Shown: in pieces, positions 29,832 to 40,426 of the stretch
Layout: every line of letters starts with the position of its first letter
Numbering within the stretch: the first letter of the stretch is position 1
Source: Candidatus Bathyarchaeia archaeon
GTDB lineage: Archaea; Thermoproteota; Bathyarchaeia; Bathyarchaeales; Bathycorpusculaceae
Assembly: GCA_049515895.1 (NCBI GenBank)
Contig: JBEKTQ010000006.1
Location: forward strand, 64,234-128,233
Direction of reading: 5' to 3'
Length of the DNA stretch: 64,000 nt
Notes under the pieces: generated by a model
Databases searched by the model: none
Told to the model about the DNA's origin: nothing
Seen by the model: the letters and a program-made list of their open reading frames with translations, nothing else
Position numbers and translations under genes: made by a program

Positions 29832-30545
29832 ATGAGTGTTGAGCGTAATCTGATAATTTCTCTCCTAAAATTGACAAAAGAAGGGCCTGTTTTAACTGAA
29901 CTTGTCAAAAGAGAAGCACACTTGCCTTCAACCGTCACGATAAAATTGCTAGGTAAACTCCAAAACGAAGGCCTCGTTTATCTGAAACAGGGCAGCGTTG
30001 AACCCGAACTCGGCAGCAGGCTTAAAATGGCAGTCAAAGCCCTCTCTCTAGGTGCAGATGTTGAGGATATCAGCAACCTGCTTTGTTGGCAAGAATTCGA
30101 AGAAATTGCATGTTACGCGTTAAAGAAGAACGGGTACACCGTTTCAAATAACGTTCATTTCAAAGGTTCAGGTCGAAGATGGGAAATGGACGTCGTAGGC
30201 TGCAAGAAACCCTTGGTAGTCTGCATCGACTGCAAACATTGGCAACACGCAATCGCGACTTCGGCTCTGAAGAGAATCGTTGATTTGCAGATTGATCGCA
30301 CCCGCGCGTTGGCAGATTCATTGCCTAACCCCGCGTTGAAACTTGAATGTGGACGTTGGAGCGAAGCAAAATTTATGCCTGCGGTCTTGTCGCTTGTGCT
30401 TAGCGCATTCAAATTTTACTATGACGTCCCGATAATTCCCATATTGCAGCTGCAAAACTTCCTAAACCAACTATCCGCATACACAGAAAACGTCAAGCTC
30501 TTCCACAGAACCTTCCAAAAGCTAGGTGATAATCTTCAAAACTGA
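29832..30545 (+). CDS. Mrr-like restriction endonuclease domain protein with N-terminal HTH
   Basis: WQEFEE..EMDVVG..IDCKHW PD-(D/E)xK pattern. Confidence 0.8.
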   Translation: MSVERNLIISLLKLTKEGPVLTELVKREAHLPSTVTIKLLGKLQNEGLVYLKQGSVEPELGSRLKMAVKALSLGADVEDISNLLCWQEFEEIACYALKKNGYTVSNNVHFKGSGRRWEMDVVGCKKPLVVCIDCKHWQHAIATSALKRIVDLQIDRTRALADSLPNPALKLECGRWSEAKFMPAVLSLVLSAFKFYYDVPIIPILQLQNFLNQLSAYTENVKLFHRTFQKLGDNLQN

Positions 30546-32390
30546 GGCTCTCGCCAACTTAAACGCCGGGTAAAGGCTCAAGAGCAGGATTCCTGCCAGC
30601 GCGACGAAAAGTAGTCCGGCTATTTCCAGGATCGTGAAACTTGTGACTATGGGCTGCTGTATCAAAATAAGCATAGTTATGATAGTTCCAAGAGATATTC
30701 CAATTCCGAAGCTTGAAAGAAGCAAGACTGCACTTTGAAGCGCCAAAACCGACACAACGAAGCGTGGTTTGGCACCGACAGCCCGTAAAACTCCGAATTC
30801 TTGGTGTTGTTCATCTGCGGCAAGCATCATGTAGCTTACCATGCAGAGCGCTGCCGCACCCAAAGCAAAGAACGGCATGATCATTATTGTTTGCCAATTT
30901 GAAGCAAGAAAATTCGTGTCTTTTTCTACAATATTACTTAACTGAAAGACGCCCAAGCTCGGATCTGCATTTTGAAGTAGACTTTTAATTTGCGCAACGG
31001 CGGCTGCCTGGTCAGCTGAGTTCTTAAAAGTAACTAGGAGCAGGTTTGGGCTTGAAATCCCAGATGAGTTTTCAAGGGTTTGAATGGGCACAAAGGTTAC
31101 GAAGCCGTTGTTTAAAGGGTCAACGCAGACTCCAACAATGTTAAATGAGGAGTTTTCGAAGATCATGTCTTCAACAAGCGGGTTTGCATCCGATATTCCC
31201 TGGCCCGGATCAGGCGAGTAGATTGTTTGGGCGACCGAATCGCCGACGACAGCTTGGTATTGGTCCCCGCTGTTCAGGAATCGGCCAATAAGGTTCCATT
31301 TGCCTGCAAGCTCTGCGCTGTTTATGCCAACAACTAACGCCTTTGTTGTCCTGTTTCCGCCTAAGTAACTGATTGAACCCGTGTCGCTATAACTGAAGTT
31401 AGCAACCTCCTGAATCTGTCCGCTCAAAACTAAGCGGGAGTCAACCAGAGTTACGCTTGGCAAAGCACTTAATTGGGTTATGATTGAGCTGAGAATCGCT
31501 AGATTTGGGTTTGAATAGTCAAAGCTGCCTTTACTTGAGGTTCCTGAAAACTGTGACAGAAGCTTGAGATATTGGTTTCCCATGTTGTTTGAGGCGATGG
31601 CGATTGTGTTTTTGCCGACGCTGTCTTGAACCCATGTTGTGGTTGTGTTGCTTGCGATGATGCCTCCGCCGATGCAAACCGTTAGTAGGATGAAGGCTAT
31701 TGAAAGCAAAATCACTATCCGAAAAGTTGCTGATTGCCTTCGAAGTAGACTTCTGCTGGCGATGCTCCAGGTTATTCCCGACTTTGAAAGCGGAGTGTGT
31801 TTGGCGGTTGTGGTTAAGCCATGGTAGGTAACGGATGAAAGAGCCTTTATGGGTGACATTTTGGAGGCTTTAAGAAGAGGCCAAATGCCGAAAAAGAGCG
31901 CCAAAACTAGGAAAACCACGAAAACTATGGGTCCCGACCATAAATTGGGCAGCTTGTAGGATGAAAAAACATAGTTTGAAACTCCAAAATCCATTAAGAA
32001 ACCTGCAAGTATGCCTAAGCCGCATCCTGCCACCGTTGTGACTAATAGTTCTGTCATGAAGTATCCTGCGACGAGGCTGTTTGGGCACCCTGCAGCCTTT
32101 ATCAACCCGAAATCTCGTGTTCTTTGAGCCATCATGAAGAAGGCGATGAAAGAAGTCAACATTGCACCCACGGCAAAAATGAGAATGCCGATGAAAAGAA
32201 TGAATTGTGAAAATAACACGCCTATTCCCATAGTAAAAACGTCGTTTGCAGACGTCAAACCGCCTAAGCGGCTACTGAAAAGCAGCAGAAACATGGTGGA
32301 AGCAACGCTTAACGCTAAAGTTGCAATCGTCAAGCCTGTTTGAAGCCGTCTACGGAGCAAATCGTTTATAGGAAAAGCGGCGCTACTCAT
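30522..32390 (-). CDS. ABC transporter permease (FtsX/MacB-like)
   Basis: RDFGLIKAAG and EFGVLRAVGA duplicated FtsX motifs; start set at MSSAAF. Confidence 0.88.
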   Translation of the reverse strand: MSSAAFPINDLLRRRLQTGLTIATLALSVASTMFLLLFSSRLGGLTSANDVFTMGIGVLFSQFILFIGILIFAVGAMLTSFIAFFMMAQRTRDFGLIKAAGCPNSLVAGYFMTELLVTTVAGCGLGILAGFLMDFGVSNYVFSSYKLPNLWSGPIVFVVFLVLALFFGIWPLLKASKMSPIKALSSVTYHGLTTTAKHTPLSKSGITWSIASRSLLRRQSATFRIVILLSIAFILLTVCIGGGIIASNTTTTWVQDSVGKNTIAIASNNMGNQYLKLLSQFSGTSSKGSFDYSNPNLAILSSIITQLSALPSVTLVDSRLVLSGQIQEVANFSYSDTGSISYLGGNRTTKALVVGINSAELAGKWNLIGRFLNSGDQYQAVVGDSVAQTIYSPDPGQGISDANPLVEDMIFENSSFNIVGVCVDPLNNGFVTFVPIQTLENSSGISSPNLLLVTFKNSADQAAAVAQIKSLLQNADPSLGVFQLSNIVEKDTNFLASNWQTIMIMPFFALGAAALCMVSYMMLAADEQHQEFGVLRAVGAKPRFVVSVLALQSAVLLLSSFGIGISLGTIITMLILIQQPIVTSFTILEIAGLLFVALAGILLLSLYPAFKLARASVLKIIT

Positions 32391-33075
32391 TTTTTCTCGC
32401 CAAAACGCCTTCTTCAAGGCATAAAACTTGGTCCGCAAGCTGTTTTATCTGAATATCATGCGTCGCCACAATGACCGTTTTCCCTTTTTCCTTCAGCAAC
32501 TGGAGCACCTGCACGATTTTCTGAGCGTTTTTATCATCCAAATTGCCGGTCGGCTCGTCTGCAAGGATCAACTGAGGGTCATTTGCTAGCGCTCTGGCGA
32601 AGGCGACGCGTTGCTGCTCACCACCGCTTAGCTGGGCTGGAAAATGGTTTGATCTGCTAGCTAATCCCACTGTTTCAAGTAGCTCAGAGATGCGTTTTTC
32701 TATGTCTTCTTGTGGTTTTGCAGTCCACTCCATCGGAAAGGCAATGTTTTCGGCAACAGTTAATGTTGAAACCAAGTTGTATGCTTGAAATACAAAGCCG
32801 ACGCTGTTGCAACGGTAATCTGAGAGGGAGTCTTCGCTTTGGCTTGTTAGGTCCTGGCCGTTGACGAAGATTTTCCCTGTTGTGGGTTTGTCAAGTCCTC
32901 CGATGATGTTGAGCAGGGTTGTTTTTCCTGAACCTGAAGCGCCGCTGAGCACAACAAATTGGGCTTTGTGAATGGAAAATGTGATGTCTTTTAACACGTC
33001 AAGTTTTTCGTTGCCTATCTCGTAAGATTTTCCCAGAGCCTCTGCATAAACGGCAACGTCTTCTTGGGTTTGCAT
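32383..33075 (-). CDS. ABC transporter ATP-binding protein (LolD/MacB-like)
   Basis: GASGSGKT, LSGGEQQR, ILADEPTGNLD; start set at MQTQED. Confidence 0.92.
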   Translation of the reverse strand: MQTQEDVAVYAEALGKSYEIGNEKLDVLKDITFSIHKAQFVVLSGASGSGKTTLLNIIGGLDKPTTGKIFVNGQDLTSQSEDSLSDYRCNSVGFVFQAYNLVSTLTVAENIAFPMEWTAKPQEDIEKRISELLETVGLASRSNHFPAQLSGGEQQRVAFARALANDPQLILADEPTGNLDDKNAQKIVQVLQLLKEKGKTVIVATHDIQIKQLADQVLCLEEGVLARKNE

Positions 33076-33152
33076 TCCTCTCTTTGCCTCTTCCGAATGA
33101 AAAAAGGTGTGCGTGGTAAATAATAACGTTGAGGTACAGTTGCTTCCCAACT

Positions 33153-33587
33153 TCAGGGGTATGTCGTGTCCAGATTTAGGTTTCCTCGGTCGCGTTTGAG
33201 AATGCGTATTTTTTCCGGTAGTTTGTCTTTCTCCCAATCTGCCCAGGGGACCTCTTTGAAAAGCCATCTTTTGCCTAAGTGCGCGGCGACGACTGCATGT
33301 TTGTAGGAATTCTCTGAGGGGATGAATTGGTTGAGGAACCTGAAGAGTTTATCAACTTGCTGTTTGGGAAAGTAGGCATAGTACGTGGCGTTTTTCACTT
33401 CAAAAGCATACGTGTGAAGATCCCGTCTAGCCATTATGTCCGGCAGCGGATTGAGGCTGGGGTTGCTGACGGGAACCCGAACGGCGTAGTAGCCCTTCTT
33501 CTGCAGCAACTTCACCAAAACGGTTTCACTATAGAAGCCTCTTTTGCGCCAGCGACGAAGTCTCACCCTGTCAATTTCTTTACTCAA
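33153..33587 (-). CDS. hjc: Archaeal Holliday junction resolvase family nuclease
   Basis: KRG..E..LV..L..KGY.AVRVP.S..PDI..FEVK. Confidence 0.75.
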   Translation of the reverse strand: MSKEIDRVRLRRWRKRGFYSETVLVKLLQKKGYYAVRVPVSNPSLNPLPDIMARRDLHTYAFEVKNATYYAYFPKQQVDKLFRFLNQFIPSENSYKHAVVAAHLGKRWLFKEVPWADWEKDKLPEKIRILKRDRGNLNLDTTYP

Positions 33588-33655
33588 GCGGCTTTTTCTC
33601 CGCGTTTGCTGTTTTATCTGCTCTCAGAGGATAAAAATTGTTGCCTTAGAGACAC

Positions 33656-33688
33656 TGGAAAATGGGTTGGGTGATGCTTTTGTATACG
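33656..33688 (+). repeat. 35-bp motif copy 2
   Basis: TGGAAAATGGGTTGGGTGATGCTTTTGTATACG. Confidence 0.85.
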
Positions 33689-34659
33689 CTTGCCTTAAGC
33701 GGTGGCACCCTGGCGCATGCTGGTGATGGACACCAACAAACGTGATACGTACGGCACCAAAACAACCATACACGGAATCTGCGTCATCTACGCGCCAAAG
33801 ATATTGCCAGTTTAGACTACATTAAGCGCTACAGAGTTAGCGCTGGCCCCAAAAACGATGGGGACACAACATCTACAGTAAACGGAAAATTGCCAAGAAA
33901 GCACCTGGTGAACATAGAAAAACACTTCTCTTTCAGAAAACCTCAAGAAGGGCCAAACCGATTTGAGAAAACCGCGAAACAGAAAACTGAAAAAACGAGC
34001 AGCTTCTGATTTTTTTCTAGCAACCGAGACTCTGATTTACCTCCAGAACCGGACTAAAATTTTTTATGACGCTTAACTTCAAAACCGGGAAATTATCCCA
34101 ACCCAGGACGAAAGCTATTTGCAAAAGAGCGTACTGCGTGAAAAAATTGGTTCTAAAATTTTTTGTCAAAAATAAGCAAAGTTTCACCCACACCCAAAAA
34201 AACCGGGGGAAAGCTCGAACATAGTTCGAAAAATCATGGGTTTGCTTCGCATGGAGATTTTCGGGGGTACTTATATGAGGCCACGATATTCCCCATGCGA
34301 GGCTCCTAGGGAGCAGGTAAAAAAGGCTGGAATAAGGTTTTTTTGGCATTTTGCGGTTGAATTAGGCTTTTCGGTTATCGGTTTAGGGTAAAAAACTCTT
34401 GTAATTTTTCGAATACTTCTTTTCGAACAAAAACAGCAACGTCGGACAGGAATATTGGTAAAATAAGCCATAAAATTAGCTATTTTAGTAAAAAAACCAA
34501 AACGCTAAACCGATTTTTCCAGTCACTGAAGCGCGGTTTTTTTGGAAGCCACGAGTGAAAATTTTGAACCTAAGCAAGTAAAGCTGTGCGAGCCAAAATC
34601 AAGCTCCCTAAAATGTGTCAATTAAAAATCTGCTGGGCCGACAGAAAAGAAGGTCGCAT

Positions 34660-35088
34660 AAAAATCTTATTCGACAATGAAGAGTATCGGGTTGTCTACT
34701 ACCAAAGCTGACGTTGGCAAAAACTGGAACTCGGTCTGACTCTAGTAAAATAGAGCAAGAAGAAACATGATCGGGCCAAAAATGTAATAAAGCTGGTGAG
34801 GGGAAGATTGGCTCGCCTAATTGTTTCCAGCATACACCACGCTTCTTGCCACAGAGAAGAATTTAGAGTTCTGGAAATTTGTTCCCAGAAATGGGCCAAG
34901 AACATGTCTATGCCGCGGCCTCCTTGAATTGCACAGAATTGCTAAAATGCGATGCCGCAAGAAAACGCCACGGTCTTTTTGACCGTGTCAAAAACCCAGA
35001 AAGACAGGGACATTTTCAAGGGATCAAAGATGAAGCCGTTGAACAGGCATCTGAAATTTTAAGCTGTAGAGTGCAGTCATATTTTTGA
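34660..35088 (+). pseudogene. Possible decayed PIN-domain gene
   Basis: HVYAAASLNCTELLKCD resembles the PIN C-terminal motif; upstream frames are interrupted. Confidence 0.2.
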
Positions 35089-35888
35089 GTCTGCGCGGCA
35101 AACGCTCACTCGTTGATTGTGCCTTTTTGCCAACTCTCTTAGTTCACTCAACTATTCAAGTTAACTGATGGGAGATGCATTATTGCAATTCTTGCTAACG
35201 CTTTCTTCTCAATTTATCCTTGGCCCATAGAAACGTAATTTCAGCAGATTCCCTCCAGGTTACTACGCACAATAAGCAAGCGTAAACGGCACTATATCGC
35301 AGCGATTGCTTGGCCGGTAAATATGGTTGTGTGAATATAGTGTTGTTAGTATTACTCTGTTAGGTAACCGTCACAGACCCTAACCAGCCAAACAATTAGC
35401 GCAAAAAACCGTCAGAACAAATGGAAAGTGGAGGTTTCCAGCGAAAAATTAGCTCAGGGAACAGAACTATCAGGGCATAGAAACTGACTATCTAATAGTC
35501 AACAAGATTCAATCGCATTAAAAAAATGTAGTTATTTTTAGCGCAGAAATAATGATTTTACAAGCCATTTTGCAATCATGCACTGCTTATCGCCAACTTC
35601 GAAAAAAGCGCGGCAAAATCTTCAGTTTAGATCTCATCTGACCAGATAAGCTGTCGCATAGCTATCAAATTATGTGTGACGGTGAAACTCACACAGATGG
35701 TCCGATTTTTTCTATCATGTTTCAAGTTGCGTCTTACAGTGCCAGTAAGAAAAGGCAAGCTAATTTTTTTGACATTCAAAAACTCTAACACGCGAAGATT
35801 TCTATTTGCACCAAGAATAAACTCCGGGTTTCAGTAATTATCCCTGAAAAAATTCACAATAAGGTACCGAGGAACAACATATGGGTTT

Positions 35889-35920
35889 GTATACAAAAGC
35901 ATCAACAGAACCAATTTCTA
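35889..35920 (-). repeat. 35-bp motif copy 3
   Basis: Reverse complement TAGAAATTGGTTCTGTTGATGCTTTTGTATAC. Confidence 0.75.
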
Positions 35921-36067
35921 AATCCAGCTACATCTGGTTCTGTTAAGTCTGTGTCTAGTGGTTTCCTCTGTGAAAAAACGTCTAGAGTTTCATCATTACT
36001 TTCAACAAAAGGTTCTGTAATTCCTCCGAGGAATTACTCTCCATGTAGACTTTCGAGGGAAAAGTCA

Positions 36068-36388
36068 TCAAAAGTGTTCAACTTTATCATGGACAACTAC
36101 CCACTCGCCTTTTTCGCTTTTTTCTTCTACAAGATGATGCTTGATTCTGTTTTTTTTGTCTATTTCTAATCGTATTCTTGCTATTTTACCATTCTTGCCT
36201 ATTCTTTCTCCAGCTTGCATAAAGCCGTCGTATTTATGGTGACTTTTAACATTCTGTTTAACCGTTAACATCTCAAAAACTTTTGCTTCATCAGCTACTG
36301 CAACAGAACGATCTAAACTTCCACAGTTAGGACATGAATTAGAGGCATTTTCAACTGCTATTTCAATACCACAATTAAGACATTTCAT
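36068..36388 (-). CDS. Zn-ribbon hypothetical protein, AT-rich
   Basis: CLNC..CPNCGS; GGTGA RBS. Confidence 0.75.
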   Translation of the reverse strand: MKCLNCGIEIAVENASNSCPNCGSLDRSVAVADEAKVFEMLTVKQNVKSHHKYDGFMQAGERIGKNGKIARIRLEIDKKNRIKHHLVEEKSEKGEWVVVHDKVEHF

Positions 36389-36597
36389 TATCGCTAACGT
36401 ACTTCACCTTTCAATGACTTAACTTGAATTGTTGCAGTTCAAATATTTGTTTTTTTCTATTAACGAAAAAATGCTTGAAAACAAATTTAAGGCGTTAATC
36501 AAAGAGGGCGCTAGACGATTTTTCACATGAACCACTGAATAGACAGAGACTTCACAGAACCCTACATCTGTTTTTTGACATTTTTTAAGCATTAAGG

Positions 36598-36877
36598 CTT
36601 CGAACACAAACGAACCTTAAATATACATATTCAACCTTGAGCAACATTCTAAAAGGCGACACCAGTCAGGAGGAATATCATTCTTAAGTTGAAAAATAAG
36701 CTGGAAAAACTTGAAAACCGAGTCGACGGCACTAAAACCTGCAGTTCTTAATGCAAAACCCTAACTATTATTATGTTGGAAGCTGACTTTCAGAGTTTTG
36801 ACAAAAAATGGCCTAAAATACGCAAAGCCTCGTTTAACGAATAATGCCCTGAATGAACATTTTTTACAAATAAAAGT
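36598..36877 (+). repeat. Duplicated non-coding block B, containing a dif-like site
   Basis: TTCGAACACAAACGAACCTTAAATATACAT and other motifs shared with block A; CAAAACCCTAA-CTATTA-TTATGTTGGAA at 36754-36781. Confidence 0.7.
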
Positions 36878-37089
36878 CAAATTGGTTATTATTGCTATCT
36901 AAAATATAACAGTTTCTTTATAATTACGGGTAGTCGACACGATTTTTGATGACCTTGGATAACGAACAGGTCCGTTTTGTCAGTTACTCCAACTCAGAAC
37001 CAAGTATTCGAGTAAGCGCCTGACCGCTCAAAGCCATTGTTTTCCTCGAAATGTTTTTCTGCGAAGCAGCAATAAAAGTCAAGGGGAGC

Positions 37090-37506
37090 ATGTCAAACTT
37101 TAAGGTCGTAAATAATAGTTTCAGCTTCACTACAAAGGGTGAAATCGACTTCATAGATTTATCCGACAAAGTCCAAGGAGAGGTCTCAGCTTCAGGCGTA
37201 AGAAACGGGGTGGTCCACGTGTTTGCCCCGCACGCGACAGGCATCCTCATATTAACTGAAAACGACGACGACCTGATGAACGACATCAAGGCATTCCTTG
37301 AAGAGATTGCGCCAAAACATGCAACGTACCAGCACCCATCTAACGCCCATTCACATCTGCGTTCAATGCTTCTCCCGCCTGACAAAACCTTGCCAATCGT
37401 TAACGGGAAGGTCACCTTTGGAACCTGGCAATCACTCTTCTTTGTGGAAACAGACGTTTATCCGCGTAAACGAACCGTAATCATTCAAGTAATAGGCGAA
37501 CAATAG
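37090..37506 (+). CDS. yjbQ: YjbQ/UPF0047 family protein
   Basis: HATG..ENDD, NAHSHL, GTWQSLFFVETD. Confidence 0.9.
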   Translation: MSNFKVVNNSFSFTTKGEIDFIDLSDKVQGEVSASGVRNGVVHVFAPHATGILILTENDDDLMNDIKAFLEEIAPKHATYQHPSNAHSHLRSMLLPPDKTLPIVNGKVTFGTWQSLFFVETDVYPRKRTVIIQVIGEQ

Positions 37507-37933
37507 ATGCAAAAAGGATGGCTTCCAACACGTTTTAGTTATTGTTAAAGTTTCTTTCTTCGCTTACTGCCGCTGCAGAAAGAAAGCCAGAGTCCATGCA
37601 GTTTTAATGATTTAATTGCAATTTAGAGTACTTTAGCTCAATTATTTAACTATTTATTGTAAAGATTATTCATTCGAGACTTTTTCGCATGGGTTGGAGG
37701 CTGCAAAGGTATTTAGAGGAGTGTACAATAGTGAAAAGACATTTGCAACCTGCCAAAACCAACATAAATAGGGAGCTGTAGAAACTTTTTCTAGAACTTT
37801 GAATGCTTTTTCGGGTTGAAATAAATTAAGATTAACTGTTTTCCCGATTAAACTCTTTGGCTATGTTTCATTTGACGTTATTTGCAAACTTCAGAATCAT
37901 GGTTATATAAGGTTCGCTGGACTTCGAAGGAAA

Positions 37934-38662
37934 TCAGCCCTTACGTTCAGTCGGAAGCCTCTTTGAGGATCCACGAGGTCGCATTCGAGCCTTCTTCTTC
38001 ACATTAGCTCGTTCAGCCGGTTTATCTTCCAATACGTCTGCTTCAGCTTCGTCCACAGACAAGACATCAACTGCCTCTGGAAAATCAGCGGTTGACGCCT
38101 GCAAAGCACCACGTTTTAGCATTGATTCAACTGCCTGATCAACGTCGCCAGGCTTAACGTTAATGCCCCGTATTGCATCCATGAGAACCATGGTTTCAAA
38201 GCCATGTTTACGTGCGTCAAGAACAGTGTTCAAAACGCAGTAGTCAGTTGCTAATCCGCCTACGAAAAGCCGTTGTATATTGCGCTCTTTGAGTTCTTTC
38301 AAGAAGTTAGTTCCGTCAAAAACTGAATAGCTCTCCCGCATCGGATCCGTAGCTTTAAAGACAACTACTGCATCTTTGGGCAGTCTAAGCTTGGGGCTGA
38401 ATTCGGCGCCTTTGGTGTCTTGAACGCAATGCGGGGACCAAAAACCGCCCTGCTGTTTGAAGGAGCAATGATTCGGAGGGTGCCAATCCTTGGAAGCAAA
38501 AACGTGCGCTTTAGCGTCCTTGAAGATTCGTGCATACTCATTCAGAACTGGGATAATTTCGTCGCCGCCGGCGATAGGCAGTTCTCCGCCGGGCAGGAAA
38601 TCGTTTTGGATGTCAGTTATCAAAATGGCATCTGAGCTTGTTAGGTTGTAGATTTTGTTCAA
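37934..38662 (-). CDS. pncA: Nicotinamidase/pyrazinamidase
   Basis: DIQNDF, DWHP..H, HCVQ, GLATDYCV. Confidence 0.9.
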   Translation of the reverse strand: MNKIYNLTSSDAILITDIQNDFLPGGELPIAGGDEIIPVLNEYARIFKDAKAHVFASKDWHPPNHCSFKQQGGFWSPHCVQDTKGAEFSPKLRLPKDAVVVFKATDPMRESYSVFDGTNFLKELKERNIQRLFVGGLATDYCVLNTVLDARKHGFETMVLMDAIRGINVKPGDVDQAVESMLKRGALQASTADFPEAVDVLSVDEAEADVLEDKPAERANVKKKARMRPRGSSKRLPTERKG

Positions 38663-38812
38663 ACGGATACCTCATAAAATTGCTGTTCAGATTAACCTAT
38701 TTTAGAATTCAAAATATCTAGCGTTACACTATTGGATAAACCTTTTGCGGACTTCGTTGGCTTGAAGAATAGGGAAGGAGACGCATTGGCATTAAATTGA
38801 TTGATTTTTAAT

Positions 38813-38838
38813 GTGTTTTGGTGATGCTTTTGTATACC
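38813..38838 (+). repeat. 35-bp motif copy 4 (partial)
   Basis: GTGTTTTGGTGATGCTTTTGTATACC. Confidence 0.8.
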
Positions 38839-38875
38839 GTTAGCAAGGCTTATCTCTTAACCCGCACTCAATAAA

Positions 38876-40426
38876 ATGCAAGGCGTTAGAATGAAAACCA
38901 GAAACAAACCAATGACAAGCAGGGAAATGCGCGCCCTGGAAGCCAACGCTGAATACTTTGGCATAAGCTTTCTTCAGTTAATGGAGAACGCTGGAAGCAG
39001 CGTTGCCCAGGAAGTAATTAGACGATTTCCCGAAAGCAAAAAGATCGTTGTTTTCTCCGGCTTAGGCGGAAACGGAGGCGACGGCTTTGTCGTAGCTAGG
39101 CACCTGTTAGGAGCTGGTTACGAAGTTACGGTAATACTAGCCGGTAGGAGTCGGGACATCAGTCATGACTCAGCGCTGAAAAACTGGGCTATTCTTCAAT
39201 CTATCAAAGACAAAATTCCGTTGGTTGAGTTAACGGACAGCTCAACTATTCCCGAGGTATCTACTGACGTAATAATCGATGCCTTATTAGGAACCGGTAC
39301 CAAAGGGCAAATTAAGCCGCCTATAAGGCAGTTAGTCGAATGCATCACCAATTCGGATTCTTTCAAAATCGCTGTGGACGTGCCTACGGGCATAGATTCG
39401 GACACGGGCGAGGTCTTGGGCACGGCAGTAAAAGCTGACTTGACCGTCACTTTCCACAGGTCAAAGGCAGGCTTAGAAAAAGCCAAAAAATACGTCGGCG
39501 AACTCGTCGTGAAAGACATTGGGTTGCCCGTGGAAATTGAACGGTACACAGGTCCAGGCGACGTTTGTCTTGCAAAAGTTCCGCGTGGTCCATCAGCCCA
39601 CAAAGGTGATTTCGGGCGATTGCTCGTCATCGGCGGAAGCGAAGTTTACTCTGGAGCACCCACGCTGGTTTCGCTGGGCGCCATGCGGACAGGCGTTGAC
39701 ATTGTTTATGTTGCTGCGCCCTCGAAAACCGCGTACGCGATTTCTTCTATATCCCCTGATTTGATAACTATAAAGCTTGACGGAAACAACCTGAAGCCCC
39801 GCAACATGGAAACGCTGAAGCCGTACTTGGACATGGTTACCGCGGTTGCGGTGGGCCCGGGTTTGGGTTTGAACCCCGAAACTATCGACTTCGTAAAGCT
39901 TTGCGTTGAAGAGGTTGAACATGCGGGGAAACCTTTGCTTTTGGACGCCGATGGACTTAAGGCCTTTGCTAATTTTAAAAGACCCCTGAAGGTGCCGCTT
40001 GTTCTCACGCCTCACGCTGGCGAGTACGCGATACTTACAGGTGAAACTTTGCCTGAAAACCAGGAAGAAAGAGTTATGGCAATACAAAAAACCGCCAAAA
40101 AACTCGGCGCCGTTGTTCTAGTAAAGGGCAAGGTTGACTACATTTGCAGTCCAGAACGTTTTAAGTTGAATTTTACTGGGAACCCAGGCATGACTGTCGG
40201 CGGCACTGGAGATGTCCTCAGTGGTATAGTTGGGGGTTTAATGGCTCAGAACGTTGATCCGTTTGAAGCTGCCGTTGCTGGAGCGTTTGTTAACGGTGCA
40301 GCTGGCGATTTTGTTGCAAGCGAACTAGGTTTCCACATGGTTGCAACGGACATTATTGATTGGATTCCAAGGGTTTTTGATAATCCGATGAGTCATTTGA
40401 AGGTGCGCAAAACAAGTGGAAGCTAA
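38876..40426 (+). CDS. nnr: Bifunctional NAD(P)H-hydrate epimerase/dehydratase
   Basis: LMENAG, GNGGDG, HKGDFG, TPHAGE, GGTGDVL. Confidence 0.93.
   Translation: MQGVRMKTRNKPMTSREMRALEANAEYFGISFLQLMENAGSSVAQEVIRRFPESKKIVVFSGLGGNGGDGFVVARHLLGAGYEVTVILAGRSRDISHDSALKNWAILQSIKDKIPLVELTDSSTIPEVSTDVIIDALLGTGTKGQIKPPIRQLVECITNSDSFKIAVDVPTGIDSDTGEVLGTAVKADLTVTFHRSKAGLEKAKKYVGELVVKDIGLPVEIERYTGPGDVCLAKVPRGPSAHKGDFGRLLVIGGSEVYSGAPTLVSLGAMRTGVDIVYVAAPSKTAYAISSISPDLITIKLDGNNLKPRNMETLKPYLDMVTAVAVGPGLGLNPETIDFVKLCVEEVEHAGKPLLLDADGLKAFANFKRPLKVPLVLTPHAGEYAILTGETLPENQEERVMAIQKTAKKLGAVVLVKGKVDYICSPERFKLNFTGNPGMTVGGTGDVLSGIVGGLMAQNVDPFEAAVAGAFVNGAAGDFVASELGFHMVATDIIDWIPRVFDNPMSHLKVRKTSGS

Noticed and set aside
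36941-36964. Possible seventh, highly degenerate copy of the 35-bp motif closing module B
   Set aside because: Needs several gaps; not distinguishable from chance by eye
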